A DNA stretch of 64,000 bases from Minisyncoccota bacterium. GTDB lineage: Bacteria > Patescibacteriota > Minisyncoccia > Phycocordibacterales > UBA9973. The position numbers and the translations under genes are program-made. Positions 63,572-64,000 of the stretch are shown one piece after another. Each line of letters begins with the position of its first letter. The stretch's first letter is position 1. The stretch covers positions 27,427 through 91,426 of the forward strand of contig JBBAAI010000001.1 of the NCBI GenBank assembly GCA_041658325.1, written 5' to 3'. Under the pieces are notes generated by a model, which ran no database searches, was not told where the DNA came from, and saw only the letters and a list, made by a program, of their open reading frames with translations.

Positions 63572-64000
63572 TTAATTTATACTACCTAAAATTGAATATA
63601 ATGGTGAAATCATGGAAATAGCAAAGAATCCTACTCCTGCTCCGATAACAATCATTAATAGTGGTTCAATAATTGTGGAAAGATTTTTCGTTTTATTTTC
63701 TACTTCCTCTTCGTAAAACAAAGCAATCTGGAGCAACATATCTGATAATTTCCCAGTTTCCTCTCCGACTTGTATCATTTCTGACATCATTATTGGGTAA
63801 AGTTTTGTGTTTGCTTCAAAGGCCTGAGAGAATGGAGCTCCTTTTTCTATCGCTACCTTGGCATCGTTTAAAACTTTTTTATAATAAATATTCTGTACCA
63901 CATCTTCGGTTATTTCTAATGATCGTGTCAAAGAAACCCCGGAAAGTAAAAGTGAAGAGATAGTACGCGCAGTGCGAGCAGTATTCAACTCTTTTGCTAA
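63572..64000 (-). CDS. type II secretion/type IV pilus platform protein (GspF/PilC family), C-terminal part; gene continues beyond window
   Basis: GspF-type repeat end ...[11 protein letters not shown]...[25 protein letters not shown]; open to window edge. Confidence 0.65.
   Translation of the reverse strand, partial: LAKELNTARTARTISSLLLSGVSLTRSLEITEDVVQNIYYKKVLNDAKVAIEKGAPFSQAFEANTKLYPIMMSEMIQVGEETGKLSDMLLQIALFYEEEVENKTKNLSTIIEPLLMIVIGAGVGFFAISMISPLYSILGSIN

Overview
This is a low-GC (~33%), gene-dense bacterial segment dominated by housekeeping genes, and the gene content, short proteins and surface/pilus clusters look like a reduced-genome Candidate Phyla Radiation (Patescibacteria/Parcubacteria-like) organism (inference only). 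Protein calls rest on recognisable motifs in the supplied translations. Those read directly are GatA GGSSGGS, HtpX HELSH, FtsK GTTGSGKS, Rec[10 protein letters not shown], MetRS KMSKT, M16 HFLEH, the PAP2 motifs, prepilin G-[FI]-x-x-x-E N-termini and the PGAM RHGE motif. RNA calls come from hand alignment to E. coli rRNA sequences recalled from memory. Genes recognised: gatCA, htpX-lemA, secDF, folD, a SEDS family FtsW/RodA, rplJ-rplL, ftsK, recA, efp, rpsF-ssb-rpsR, tatD, metG, glyQS, recO, ileS, argS, dut, tmk, glyA, comEC, rnhA, recJ, tpiA-pgk, and an unlinked 23S-5S rRNA unit on the minus strand with no 16S nearby. The 23S carries a ~320-nt ORF-less insertion at the peptidyl-transferase-centre position equivalent to E. 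coli U2593, a known group I intron site. Accessory content is a ~9-kb cluster of secreted/surface proteins (18.4-27.5 kb) and a type IV pilus/pseudopilin cluster at 60.8-64 kb. The surface proteins carry peptidoglycan-binding-like domains, a 3x YWFEYG repeat, Gly/Thr repeats and one 1120-aa protein. Most unusual is the isoleucyl-tRNA synthetase gene, which is one uninterrupted 1193-aa ORF with three anomalies. A complete histidine-phosphatase (PGAM-like, RHGE...) domain sits in-frame between the catalytic core and the KMSKS region. A 45-nt GC-rich dispersed repeat inside it also occurs, inverted, in the recA upstream region. A perfect 22-nt GC palindrome inside it shares its 18-nt core in-frame with comEC. 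A T-box-like leader with terminator lies upstream of ileS. Other oddities are a GC-rich (~55%) island beside the rRNA with two strongly Shine-Dalgarno-led mini-ORFs and its own terminator, two tandem C39-like cysteine peptidase paralogs after recA, and a recurring 11-12-mer TGTGGATAACT(C) (contains the DnaA-box 9-mer) upstream of three minus-strand genes. No CRISPR array, integrase, transposase or obvious defence genes were seen.
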